Assembly (NCBI GenBank): GCA_003144275.1
Contig: NJBF01000039.1
Coordinates: forward strand, 3,321 to 35,320
Direction: 5' to 3'
Origin: Candidatus Heimdallarchaeota archaeon B3_Heim
Lineage (GTDB): Archaea > Asgardarchaeota > Heimdallarchaeia > Hodarchaeales > Hodarchaeaceae
DNA length: 32,000 nucleotides
Position 1 is the first letter of the stretch. Each line of letters starts with the position of its first letter. Below are positions 1 through 8,181 of the stretch, piece by piece. The notes below the pieces were generated by a model. That model saw only the letters and a program-made list of their open reading frames with translations. It had not been told where the DNA came from and ran no database searches. The position numbers were made by a program, and so were the translations under genes.

Positions 1-2
1 AA

Positions 3-461
3 GAAATTACAAGCATTTTGGATATCCTAGGTCTTTTTACAGCTGTTATTATGGGATTGTGGAATGCACTTGGTGTGGAGCAAATTACTGAACCATTACG
101 TGGACTCAAACGATTGAATCCTCTGGAGTACATTGGCCGGTTACATCCTTATACTAAAGCACTTTTTCTTTTAATAATATCTATGTTTGCTTTTTTTTCT
201 TCTATGGAAAGTAACACGATTGCAGCAATAACAGGCAATCCAGACACTCTTAAATTGCAAAAATTAAATTTACTGGCAGCTTTCATCGGAGCAGCCTATT
301 TTATCCTATTGTGGAGATACAAAGGCCAAGCTCGTTCAACAATGCCTGGATTACTGAAAACCACTCAATATCAAATAGAGGGAGGTTTAGCTAAAATTCG
401 ATCTTTCATCAGCGGTGAACGTAGTGTCTTGGATATTCCTTCTTATGAGGAAGAAGAATAA
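3..461 (+). CDS. Membrane protein of unknown function, C-terminal part (5' end probably outside the window)
   Basis: Frame is open from position 3 (EITSILDILGLF...). About three hydrophobic segments, then an acidic tail (PSYEEEE). No family motif recognised. Confidence 0.7.
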   Translation, partial: EITSILDILGLFTAVIMGLWNALGVEQITEPLRGLKRLNPLEYIGRLHPYTKALFLLIISMFAFFSSMESNTIAAITGNPDTLKLQKLNLLAAFIGAAYFILLWRYKGQARSTMPGLLKTTQYQIEGGLAKIRSFISGERSVLDIPSYEEEE

Positions 462-501
462 ACCTGCAAATCCAGAAGTGTAACACAGGGGAAAATGAAT
501 A

Positions 502-1095
502 TCACAGATCTTTTTTTTTAGATATAGTAATGTAAGTTCCTTCATCAACATAAGCCTGTCTAACGATATGCAGATTCGCTTTTCTATGCATTTTACGCAT
601 CTCGATAGTTGTAAAAAACTTAGAACCCATCCAAAAAAATTTCTCCATTGATTTAATGTAGTGTCCAAGAGGCCTAGAAGGATCAAACTCAACGACAATG
701 GACAGACCTTGTTTAGGTTCAAGTACTCGTTCTATCTCTTTTAACCCTTTTAATTGGTCATCCCAATGATGTAACGAGTCAATAACAATTACTCGATCAA
801 AGTAAACTCCATCAAAAGGTAATTGTTCCGCATAACCAAGGACAGGTTTCGCTGTTGGAAATTTCTGTATAGCTTGTTGAAGCATGGGTTGCGAGGGATC
901 CAGTAACCATACTTGTCGTGCTAATGAAATTATGGAAGCAATACTTCTTCCCGTTCCAGCTCCTATTTCAAGAACCTTTTCCTGACCAGTCAATTCTAGT
1001 GCATCTATAATTTTAGAAGTTGGGTTATCCCGAATGAGAAAATCATACAAAGGACTAATCAAATCAAAAAACCGTTTGGGAATTCTTGTTACCAT
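502..1095 (-). CDS. Class I SAM-dependent methyltransferase (UbiE/Methyltransf_11-like)
   Basis: Motif I VLEIGAGTG, acidic post-beta2 LLDPS, GYAEQLPF..YFDRV, SLHHW. ORF track starts at 1131; the ATG at 1095 (MVTRIPK) is an alternative and possibly better start. Confidence 0.85.
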   Translation of the reverse strand: MVTRIPKRFFDLISPLYDFLIRDNPTSKIIDALELTGQEKVLEIGAGTGRSIASIISLARQVWLLDPSQPMLQQAIQKFPTAKPVLGYAEQLPFDGVYFDRVIVIDSLHHWDDQLKGLKEIERVLEPKQGLSIVVEFDPSRPLGHYIKSMEKFFWMGSKFFTTIEMRKMHRKANLHIVRQAYVDEGTYITISKKKDL

Positions 1096-1136
1096 CCTGT
1101 CATTGTTAAACGTCAATGTGCATACGATCATACTGA

Positions 1137-2450
1137 TTAATCAGAACTAGTAGTTTCAAGTAGTCGATTAGTCACTCTTTGAGCTTCATTTTTCACTTTA
1201 GTAATATCTAATGTCAAAAATTTGCCATTCTGATAAACGATCGATCCATCGATAATTGTCATAACGACTTGTTCCCGTCCTATTGCATAACAAAGATGAC
1301 TCACGGGATCTATTACAGGTGTGGTACCAGGGGAGTCAAGATCAAGAACTGTTAGATCTGCACGCGTATTTTCAAGCAATGTCCCTGAATAACAATTTTT
1401 TGGAAACAATGTCTGGGCATTACACGTGGCCATCCTCACTACTTCAGTTGAGGTGACAACTGTTGGATCTTTGTAAACTGCTTTGTGAATCAGTGCCTCA
1501 AATGACATCTCTTCAAACATATCCAGTTTATTATTGCTTGCTTGACCATCAGTTGCCAAGCACACATTTATATTTTCTTTCAGCAATCGAGGAGTGTCAG
1601 CTATTCCAGTTCCTATTTTTGCATTACTTTTAGGACAATGTAGAACATTTACTCTATATTTTTTCAGCAGATCACGTTCTGCTTGTGACAGATGAACACA
1701 ATGAGCTGCACTATTTATAGTCTCCAAAACCCCTATTTTATCCATCCATTCAATGGGACGAAGAGAATGTGTTTTTTGGGATTCATTGACCTCATATTCA
1801 GTTTCATTTAAATGTGTATGAATATTCGTTCCTCTATCTCTAGCCTCATTTGCAATTGTTTGGAACCATTCTTTTCCTACAGTATATGGCGCATGTGGCC
1901 CAAATGCAACATAAAGGCGGTTGTTATTTCCATTCCATTTGTCATGTACATTTTTAGCATGTTTGAATGCTTCTTCCATAGAATTAGATTCAGGATTACC
2001 AGCAAAAAAGATACTCGGGGCAAGAACGGCTTTTATTCCTGTTTCGTGAATCGCTCGTGCAATTTGATCTGAATAAAAATATTGATCATTAAATCCTATA
2101 GTCCCACCTGCAAGCATTTCAGCAATTCCTAGCATCGTCCCCCAGTATGCATCCTCTGGAAGTAAATTTGGTTCTATACTCCATATATGCTGTAACCACG
2201 TTTGTAGAGATTTATTTTCCGAGATACCTCTTTGTAATGTCATGGGAATATGTGTATGGGCGTTAATCAAGCCTGGAATGACTAAACCTTTTTCAAAGTT
2301 ATAATATTCATGACCAGCTTTTTTGTCACTTTCTTTACCTCTGGGGCCAGAATAGATAATTTTCTTCTCTTCAATAACTATCCGCCCGTTATTAATAACC
2401 TCTCCAGACAACGGATAATAAATCCATCTTCCATCAATAACTAAATCCAT
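1137..2450 (-). CDS. Amidohydrolase, 5'-methylthioadenosine/S-adenosylhomocysteine deaminase (MtaD/TrzA-AtzA)-like
   Basis: PGLINAHTHIPM (HxH metal motif), GPHAPYT, HTHLNET (HxxE), AAHCVHL, HCPKSNAKIG, LATDGQASNN. Substrate not provable from sequence. Confidence 0.85.
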   Translation of the reverse strand: MDLVIDGRWIYYPLSGEVINNGRIVIEEKKIIYSGPRGKESDKKAGHEYYNFEKGLVIPGLINAHTHIPMTLQRGISENKSLQTWLQHIWSIEPNLLPEDAYWGTMLGIAEMLAGGTIGFNDQYFYSDQIARAIHETGIKAVLAPSIFFAGNPESNSMEEAFKHAKNVHDKWNGNNNRLYVAFGPHAPYTVGKEWFQTIANEARDRGTNIHTHLNETEYEVNESQKTHSLRPIEWMDKIGVLETINSAAHCVHLSQAERDLLKKYRVNVLHCPKSNAKIGTGIADTPRLLKENINVCLATDGQASNNKLDMFEEMSFEALIHKAVYKDPTVVTSTEVVRMATCNAQTLFPKNCYSGTLLENTRADLTVLDLDSPGTTPVIDPVSHLCYAIGREQVVMTIIDGSIVYQNGKFLTLDITKVKNEAQRVTNRLLETTSSD

Positions 2451-2470
2451 GAAAAGACCCTTTAACTCTC

Positions 2471-2480
2471 TTTTTATATT
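2471..2480 (-). promoter_or_regulatory. Probable archaeal TATA box for the amidohydrolase-methyltransferase pair (leaderless transcript)
   Basis: Minus strand AATATAAAAA ending 21 nt upstream of the ATG at 2450, the spacing expected if transcription starts at or near the start codon. Confidence 0.45.
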
Positions 2481-2554
2481 TGTGATTCGAGTGAAATTTT
2501 TGCCTCTATCCTTCCTTTTTTAAAATTGCGATAGAATCTTGGAAGCGTATTTGA

Positions 2555-3118
2555 TTGAAGCAATTTCTATTCGAGGTTGTGGAATTGAAGAAAGGACTTT
2601 TATTAGCTATATTCATCATTATTACTTATTATTCCTCTGCATATCTCTATTACCAATATCTACTTCCCTATACAGTTGAAGAGGGCACAATCTCACTAAA
2701 TAATTTAAACAAAACGATAGAAATTGATTATCATGATCCAGATATTTCATACAGAGACCTGCCTGTTGTAATAAAACTGCTCTCAGGTGATCCGCTTGAA
2801 ATTACTTATATGAAATGTTCTGATGATTTTTCAATAAATTTAACTGAAGGTTCAGTGAGATTTACGCATAATTTTGCTGGGAATATTTACATCCGTTTGC
2901 TCAACGAAAATTCTTCCGCAATAATGAGTTACACAATTATCGATCGAGCATCATTATTTGTCCCTAAATCGGCCACAAAAGCATGTACTTCTATGCCTGG
3001 AATAGTATTTGGATTTAATATTACCATACTACTCATTTTATCTTCAAGTATCTTCATAATTATATATATTCTTATTTATAAGAGAGATTTGCTAATTGAC
3101 AAAATAAGACTGAGTTGA
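2555..3118 (+). CDS. Hypothetical membrane protein (N- and C-terminal TM segments around a soluble domain)
   Basis: 187 aa, TTG start; hydrophobic LLLAIFIIITYYSSAYLYY and IVFGFNITILLILSSSIFIIIYILIY; stop overlaps the next start. Confidence 0.65.
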   Translation: MKQFLFEVVELKKGLLLAIFIIITYYSSAYLYYQYLLPYTVEEGTISLNNLNKTIEIDYHDPDISYRDLPVVIKLLSGDPLEITYMKCSDDFSINLTEGSVRFTHNFAGNIYIRLLNENSSAIMSYTIIDRASLFVPKSATKACTSMPGIVFGFNITILLILSSSIFIIIYILIYKRDLLIDKIRLS

Positions 3119-4557
3119 ATAAGATGTTAACTAAATATAATTGTTCATTAGGCTTGATAATCACTTTGATGTTATTTTTAAATCTCGCATTTCTAGAAAG
3201 TAGTCGTAATGCCAAGATTATCTGGAGTACTTCAACAACAGACACAAAGATTTCAAAATCTATGTCAAATGATAATTTCGAATTCACTGGTACCTTAATT
3301 TGGAAGAACACCGATTCAACAGCATACATTCAGCATGTGATTGTAGGGGATTTGAATGGTGATGGAATCGATGATGTTTTAGCAAGAGATCATGAAACCC
3401 ACGTCTATGCTATTGACGGAGTTTCAGGTGAAAGTCTCTGGATAAACATAGTTCCGACTGATATGGTTAGATCAATTTCTGTTGGTGACTTTAACAATGA
3501 TGGATCGGATGATGCATTAGTAGGAGAGTGGGGAGGAATGGTTTACGCGATAGAAGGGAAAACTGAAGCTATGTTGTGGAACAATTCAGACACGAATCAA
3601 AAAATATTCTCATTAGCAGTAGGAGATTTTAATAATGACGGAGTAGATGACGCCCTAGCGGGAAGCTGGGAGAAGAAGATATTAGCTATTAATGGATGGA
3701 ATGGGGAAACCTTATGGAACTACTCTAATCCTTCTGAATATATATTACCTGTTACAGTGGGGGATTTCAACAATGATGAAATTGATGATGCTCTTGCAGG
3801 AAGTCTAGATGGCAAAGTTTATGCCTTAAATGGAAGTAATGGGGAAATATTATGGATTAACACAGATCAAGATGATGCGACGATTTCTATTGCCGTAGGA
3901 GATTTCAATAATGATACAATTGATGATGTAGTAGTAGGTTGCTTATCTACTTTGAAAATATATACAATTGACGGAAATACAGGAGTAACATTGTGGAACC
4001 ACACCAATATTGGGTCAGTTCAGTCTGTAGCTGTTGGTGATTTCAACAATAATGGAGTTGATGATGTTTTAGCTGGAAGTTCAGATACCTATGTATATTC
4101 ATTTGATGGATTTACGGGAAATCAAATTTGGAACACAAGTACTCCTGAAAAAGAGGTAATTTCTGTCACAGTTGGAGATTTTGATGGTGATGGATTAGAT
4201 GATGCCCTTGCAGGTTCCTATGACACCAATGTTTACATTTTCAATGGCTCGACAGGTGAAAATCTTTGGAAAACTGATGAACCAACGGATTGGGTTGTTT
4301 CAGTAGCTATCGGAGATTTTAATGACGATGGTATTGATGATATATTAGCAGGGGGCTATGATAAATCAATCTATGCTTTCTCCCTTATTGAACCAAGTAT
4401 AACTACTGATACCAGTTTATCAGCTGATTCATCGGTGACTACTACTTTAAATTCGACTACAGATGATTCAGACGTCACTAGTTTGACATTTCCAATATTT
4501 CTTATCGCCTTGGTTATATTAAACTTCATAAAACGAAATTATTATAAAAACGGGTAA
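3115..4557 (+). CDS. Secreted/surface FG-GAP (VCBS)-repeat, PQQ-like 8-bladed beta-propeller with Ser/Thr linker and C-terminal membrane anchor
   Basis: N-terminal hydrophobic signal; eight (V/I)GD(F/L)(N/D)xxxxDDx(L/V)x loops, seven followed by IDG/NGxTG(E)xLW-type motifs; S/T-rich linker; hydrophobic helix plus basic tail (FPIFLIALVILNFIKRNYYKNG). Alternative start ATG 3124. Confidence 0.85.
   Translation: MNKMLTKYNCSLGLIITLMLFLNLAFLESSRNAKIIWSTSTTDTKISKSMSNDNFEFTGTLIWKNTDSTAYIQHVIVGDLNGDGIDDVLARDHETHVYAIDGVSGESLWINIVPTDMVRSISVGDFNNDGSDDALVGEWGGMVYAIEGKTEAMLWNNSDTNQKIFSLAVGDFNNDGVDDALAGSWEKKILAINGWNGETLWNYSNPSEYILPVTVGDFNNDEIDDALAGSLDGKVYALNGSNGEILWINTDQDDATISIAVGDFNNDTIDDVVVGCLSTLKIYTIDGNTGVTLWNHTNIGSVQSVAVGDFNNNGVDDVLAGSSDTYVYSFDGFTGNQIWNTSTPEKEVISVTVGDFDGDGLDDALAGSYDTNVYIFNGSTGENLWKTDEPTDWVVSVAIGDFNDDGIDDILAGGYDKSIYAFSLIEPSITTDTSLSADSSVTTTLNSTTDDSDVTSLTFPIFLIALVILNFIKRNYYKNG
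3343..4386 (+). repeat. Intragenic tandem repeat, 8 units, 138 bp (46 aa) period
   Basis: The V/I of each (V/I)GD motif starts at 3343, 3481, 3619, 3757, 3895, 4033, 4171 and 4309, each exactly 138 bp apart. Confidence 0.9.
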
Positions 4558-4696
4558 TTGTAAGTAACTTTTCAATTCAATTCGATCAAAGTTATAAAGT
4601 TATAAAAAGAAAAAAGAATCACTTCTCCACAATCGAAAGAAATTTAATTTTTAAATTTAAACAAGAATCCACTCCTTCTTTACGTGTGATTATATA

Positions 4697-5248
4697 ATGG
4701 TAGATCGAGAATATCTTGAACAATTACCTGATTCCGAACTAGATAAGTTATTTCAAGAAAAGAAAACTGATTATGACCAACGCTCGACAAAGTACAAAAG
4801 GATTCAAGATTTATTAAGACGTAAAGTGACAACGAAGGAAAAAACCGTTAGAAATTATCAATCAGAAACCGATCTGCTTCGAGTGAAACATCCTGATGTT
4901 AATGTCGCCAAACAAGACTTTGACGACAATCCACAATTTCTGAGAGAGAGTATCCAAAAACACACAACGGCGGTATTAAATCTTCAGACTCATCAAATTC
5001 AACTTAAGAAACTAATAAAAGAAGTCAATCTGGATTTTGCTAAGCTAAAAGCACAAGAAAAGTTTCTACAACAAGAAGTAGATAATTTAATTACATTAAA
5101 TGATGAACTAAGTCAAGACCTAGAAGATCAATCTGAGAAAATGCAACTAGCTGTGATTACCTCAGAGTATCAATCTACTCACGATCTTTTAGATACTCTA
5201 TCTTTGGAGATTGAACATCTGCATAAACGTTTACACGATAGGAGCTAG
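4697..5248 (+). CDS. Coiled-coil protein of unknown function
   Basis: 183 aa, rich in E/K/Q/L with heptad-like spacing, no Cys/Trp; no family motif. Confidence 0.7.
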   Translation: MVDREYLEQLPDSELDKLFQEKKTDYDQRSTKYKRIQDLLRRKVTTKEKTVRNYQSETDLLRVKHPDVNVAKQDFDDNPQFLRESIQKHTTAVLNLQTHQIQLKKLIKEVNLDFAKLKAQEKFLQQEVDNLITLNDELSQDLEDQSEKMQLAVITSEYQSTHDLLDTLSLEIEHLHKRLHDRS

Positions 5249-5254
5249 TACCAC

Positions 5255-6247
5255 ATGCCTTCAAAAATTGACGGAATCCTATCGCTCCATACTCAGATAG
5301 AAAAGTTGTCATCTAACCATCTCCAAACGAAATATGATTTGACACAAGAGCTCAAAGAGCTTGCTCAACAAGAAAAATTAATTAAAACTGAAAATGATGA
5401 GCTAAAGGAAGCAGTGGTACGGCTTCAGACAGAATCTAAACCTGAACGTAAGGTCGAAGATATAACGAAACTAATTACGACCATCAATGAACTCGAAAGT
5501 GAAATATCAAAAAATGAATTACAAAATTCAGAATTGGAATCAGAGCTAACTGTTAAAAAAACTGAGCACGGAATTTTAGCAAATAAAATTAAGATATTGC
5601 AAAATGAGAAAGAGGAGCTTGAAACCTCAAGCAATCAAAAGAAAGCAGAACGCTCTCGTGCGAAAAAAACCAGTGCAAAAGTACGAAGTGAACGAGAACG
5701 ACTTAACAGGTTACGACAGCAAATAGAAAGAAAAGAAGAAACAAAAAAGAATTTAGAGTCAGCTACACAGACATTAAGTATAATAGAACAAGTGATAGTT
5801 TCATCTTCTCCTGTTTCTGATTCAGATTCAAAAGGTATACCACCAGAAGTCACTGCAGAGATAAAAGAATTGATTTTAACATCGAAACGTACTTTTGATG
5901 AGGCACAAACAAAGTTTTCTTCCACAGATCTGACTCCATTTCTACTTGATGCAGCTAAGGCTTATCGACTTGGCGTAAAGGCATTTATCTTATTATGCGA
6001 CAGGATGGCTAACAAGATTGTAGAGCAACCATTAGGTGAACAGGCATTTGAAATTGTAAATTATGGCTTAATTCTTAATACCCGGCACCTCAAAGCAGTG
6101 GATGCAATGTTACAAAAATTGGAAAAGGGGGTAGAAATTGCCCCATTAGCAAGCTTTGCCAATGAAGTTCGAGATTATTTCATAGAAAATTTATCCTTAC
6201 TTAGACTTGCAGGTGAGACTCTAGATCTGGAATTGCTAAAAAAATAA
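5255..6247 (+). CDS. Coiled-coil protein with C-terminal helical globular domain
   Basis: First ~180 aa heptad-rich and charged; low-complexity SSSPVSDSDS linker; then a ~135 aa amphipathic helical domain. Confidence 0.7.
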   Translation: MPSKIDGILSLHTQIEKLSSNHLQTKYDLTQELKELAQQEKLIKTENDELKEAVVRLQTESKPERKVEDITKLITTINELESEISKNELQNSELESELTVKKTEHGILANKIKILQNEKEELETSSNQKKAERSRAKKTSAKVRSERERLNRLRQQIERKEETKKNLESATQTLSIIEQVIVSSSPVSDSDSKGIPPEVTAEIKELILTSKRTFDEAQTKFSSTDLTPFLLDAAKAYRLGVKAFILLCDRMANKIVEQPLGEQAFEIVNYGLILNTRHLKAVDAMLQKLEKGVEIAPLASFANEVRDYFIENLSLLRLAGETLDLELLKK

Positions 6248-6254
6248 AAAAAAA
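6246..6254 (-). terminator. Possible oligo-T terminator after the HAAS-type gene
   Basis: Run of 9 A on + (T9 on minus) a few bases downstream of the stop at 6261-6263; oligo-T termination is typical of archaea. Confidence 0.35.
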
Positions 6255-6260
6255 GGGAAA

Positions 6261-7352
6261 TTAGATTAGTGATTTCCGATCACTAGCTTTCCAAGACCCA
6301 AATTTAAATACATCATAGAGTGCTGACACAAAAGAAGTTACAGCGGCTAATCCGATTATTACTCTCATAATCAAATCAGCATTTTGGATAAATTGGTATG
6401 TAGTAGGATTAGTCAATATATCGGAAGGAGCAGTAGCAGTTATTGCCGCAAAGAGAGTAAAGGGGAAGTAAATTACCACAACCACTCCTGATATTCCACC
6501 TACGATATTTTTCAAAGCTGAAGCTAGACGAGTAACCCTAATTCTTCCAAACAAAACCAAAAAGGCATTATATGCGAGACTAACACTCAACGAAAAATAA
6601 ACTGCAAACCCACTAATCACAAACCAGTTTGTATTAAACAAAGGGATATCGGATATTTCTAAATAAAGTAAAAAGGCGATAGCGATTACAGTAAGTAAGC
6701 CACCAAGGAAACCTCCAAGATGTTGCCCAAAAGCAGGCCAAAAACTGACCTCAGAAGGTTTTGATTCATCTTTTACATAATAAAAATCTAACGATTTTTT
6801 CGGAACTGGAGTTGTCCTTTTATTAAATTCTGTTTTAATATCCTCATATGACTTCTGGAATGAAACGCGTAATTTTAACATTTGCTCCTTGAAGGTTTTT
6901 TCATCAGTGATATATAAAGCCATAATAAAGAATGCTATTCCAATAAAACCCATAACAAAAGATAAAAAAGCAACGAATGGATCATTTGTAGCGATCTGGA
7001 TGATCCATGCAATTATCATAATTCCAATAAATCCAGCCATGGCAAGTATGATAAACTGTTCATTCTGAATCTTGGATTCAGGTCGAGTTAATGGATTTTT
7101 CCATTCTGTAGCGATATTGGATTCCTCTTCAAGAAATTTCGTTGCTAGAATTTTAGGATCTTCCATAATCATTATAGCTTGTTCAAAGGATTCGTGAATA
7201 GTTAGTCCTTTCTCTTTTTCGGATATGTTATGAGCAAGATCCCAGATATGAGCTTGTAATTCCTTCAAAATTTGTTCTTTATCAGCTAAAGGGTCTAAAT
7301 ATCTGCCAACCTCAGCTAAATAGTCATCAATTTCTTTATATGTCGTATTCAT
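6261..7352 (-). CDS. PadR-associated membrane protein (HAAS / DUF1700-like N-terminal domain plus multiple TM helices)
   Basis: N-terminal EIDDYLAEV...ILKELQAHIWD...MEDPKILA pattern; about 6 TM helices; start overlaps the PadR stop (7349-7352). Confidence 0.75.
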   Translation of the reverse strand: MNTTYKEIDDYLAEVGRYLDPLADKEQILKELQAHIWDLAHNISEKEKGLTIHESFEQAIMIMEDPKILATKFLEEESNIATEWKNPLTRPESKIQNEQFIILAMAGFIGIMIIAWIIQIATNDPFVAFLSFVMGFIGIAFFIMALYITDEKTFKEQMLKLRVSFQKSYEDIKTEFNKRTTPVPKKSLDFYYVKDESKPSEVSFWPAFGQHLGGFLGGLLTVIAIAFLLYLEISDIPLFNTNWFVISGFAVYFSLSVSLAYNAFLVLFGRIRVTRLASALKNIVGGISGVVVVIYFPFTLFAAITATAPSDILTNPTTYQFIQNADLIMRVIIGLAAVTSFVSALYDVFKFGSWKASDRKSLI

Positions 7353-7750
7353 TTTAGTTCACTTTCAGTGTTTTCAATTAAATCTTCAAGGATCCCATAA
7401 TAGTGAATCCAATTCTGCCAAAGAGCTTGATAGGCCCGTTCACCCCTCTGAGTCAAACGGTAGTGCTTACGTGCAGGTCCGGAGGATGAAACTTTTAATT
7501 CATGTTCAACCATCTGTTCTTTTTCAAAACGTCTCAGAATTGCATAAAACGTGGCTTTGGTACCATCAAGCTCTCCTTGAGTGGCCTCGATTAGTTTTTC
7601 TCCAATTAAATAACCATAAATACCTTCATCTTGATATTTCTTTATAATAGCTAGTAATGCAAGACGATTAGCATTGTTTAAGAGATTGATAATCTCTTTG
7701 GTCACCCATTGAGTAATTTCATCAGTTTCTGTCAAAGCGTAATACCTCAA
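7349..7750 (-). CDS. PadR family transcriptional regulator
   Basis: LALLAII...GIYGYLIGEKL...ATFYAILRRFEKEQMV...GPARKHYRLTQRGE, the PadR winged-helix signature; TTG start. Confidence 0.9.
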   Translation of the reverse strand: MRYYALTETDEITQWVTKEIINLLNNANRLALLAIIKKYQDEGIYGYLIGEKLIEATQGELDGTKATFYAILRRFEKEQMVEHELKVSSSGPARKHYRLTQRGERAYQALWQNWIHYYGILEDLIENTESELK

Positions 7751-7751
7751 A

Positions 7752-7783
7752 TAGTATTATCATCTACTAATAGCAACACTATT
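7752..7783. promoter_or_regulatory. Candidate PadR operator: two inverted repeats directly upstream of the padR start
   Basis: TAGTA-N8-TACTA (7752-7769) and AATAG-N5-CTATT (7769-7783); a TATA-like TTTTAAG lies on the minus strand at about 7789-7795. Confidence 0.5.
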
Positions 7784-7894
7784 CTATGCTTAAAAGTACT
7801 GCTGTTGAGGCATATAATTCATATCAATTAAACCCTGAAAATCATCAAATTTTCATGGTTCGATGTCCCACCAATTTCTTTTCATCCTTTTTGA

Positions 7895-7993
7895 CGATTT
7901 TTTGTTGAAGCTCAAGGTGGTTCTCTTTGGGCAGAAAGTTAAGGAATTAGGCTAGGATCAACGTTTATATTAGAATTACCTCTTCTAAAATAA
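7895..7993 (+). pseudogene. Relic of the C-terminal end of a histidine kinase HATPase_c domain
   Basis: Reads RFFVEAQGGSLWAES*GIRLGSTFILELPLLK* (internal TAA 7940-7942, end TAA 7991-7993), matching the typical end IVEAHGGxIWAESxGxGxGSTFxxELP; preceded by an in-frame TGA and no upstream kinase boxes. Confidence 0.7.
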
Positions 7994-8181
7994 AAAATTC
8001 ACCCTTCTGATTAAACAAAGGTAGAGAGTAAGGATATCGGTAATAAAAGGGACTATATTAATAAAAAATCATTATTTCGGGAAGACATCCGAAATATATT
8101 ACCCTCATCTTTAGTTTTTTATACTCATTTTTTAGCTGGTATATTTATTATCTAAAAATCTTTGATTAAGTTGAATTAATC

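Noticed and set aside
387-722. 111-aa minus-strand ORF
   Set aside because: Alternative frame overlapping the methyltransferase and the end of the first CDS; no motif.
3343-4386. Regularly spaced repeats as a possible CRISPR array or DGR/VNTR
   Set aside because: Units are in-frame protein repeats with synonymous divergence and no constant-repeat/unique-spacer structure; no reverse transcriptase or cas gene.
4585-4680. Short direct repeats (AAAGTTAT twice; AAGAATC(C)ACT twice) in the intergenic region
   Set aside because: Too short and AT-rich to distinguish from chance; could be promoter elements but unsupported.
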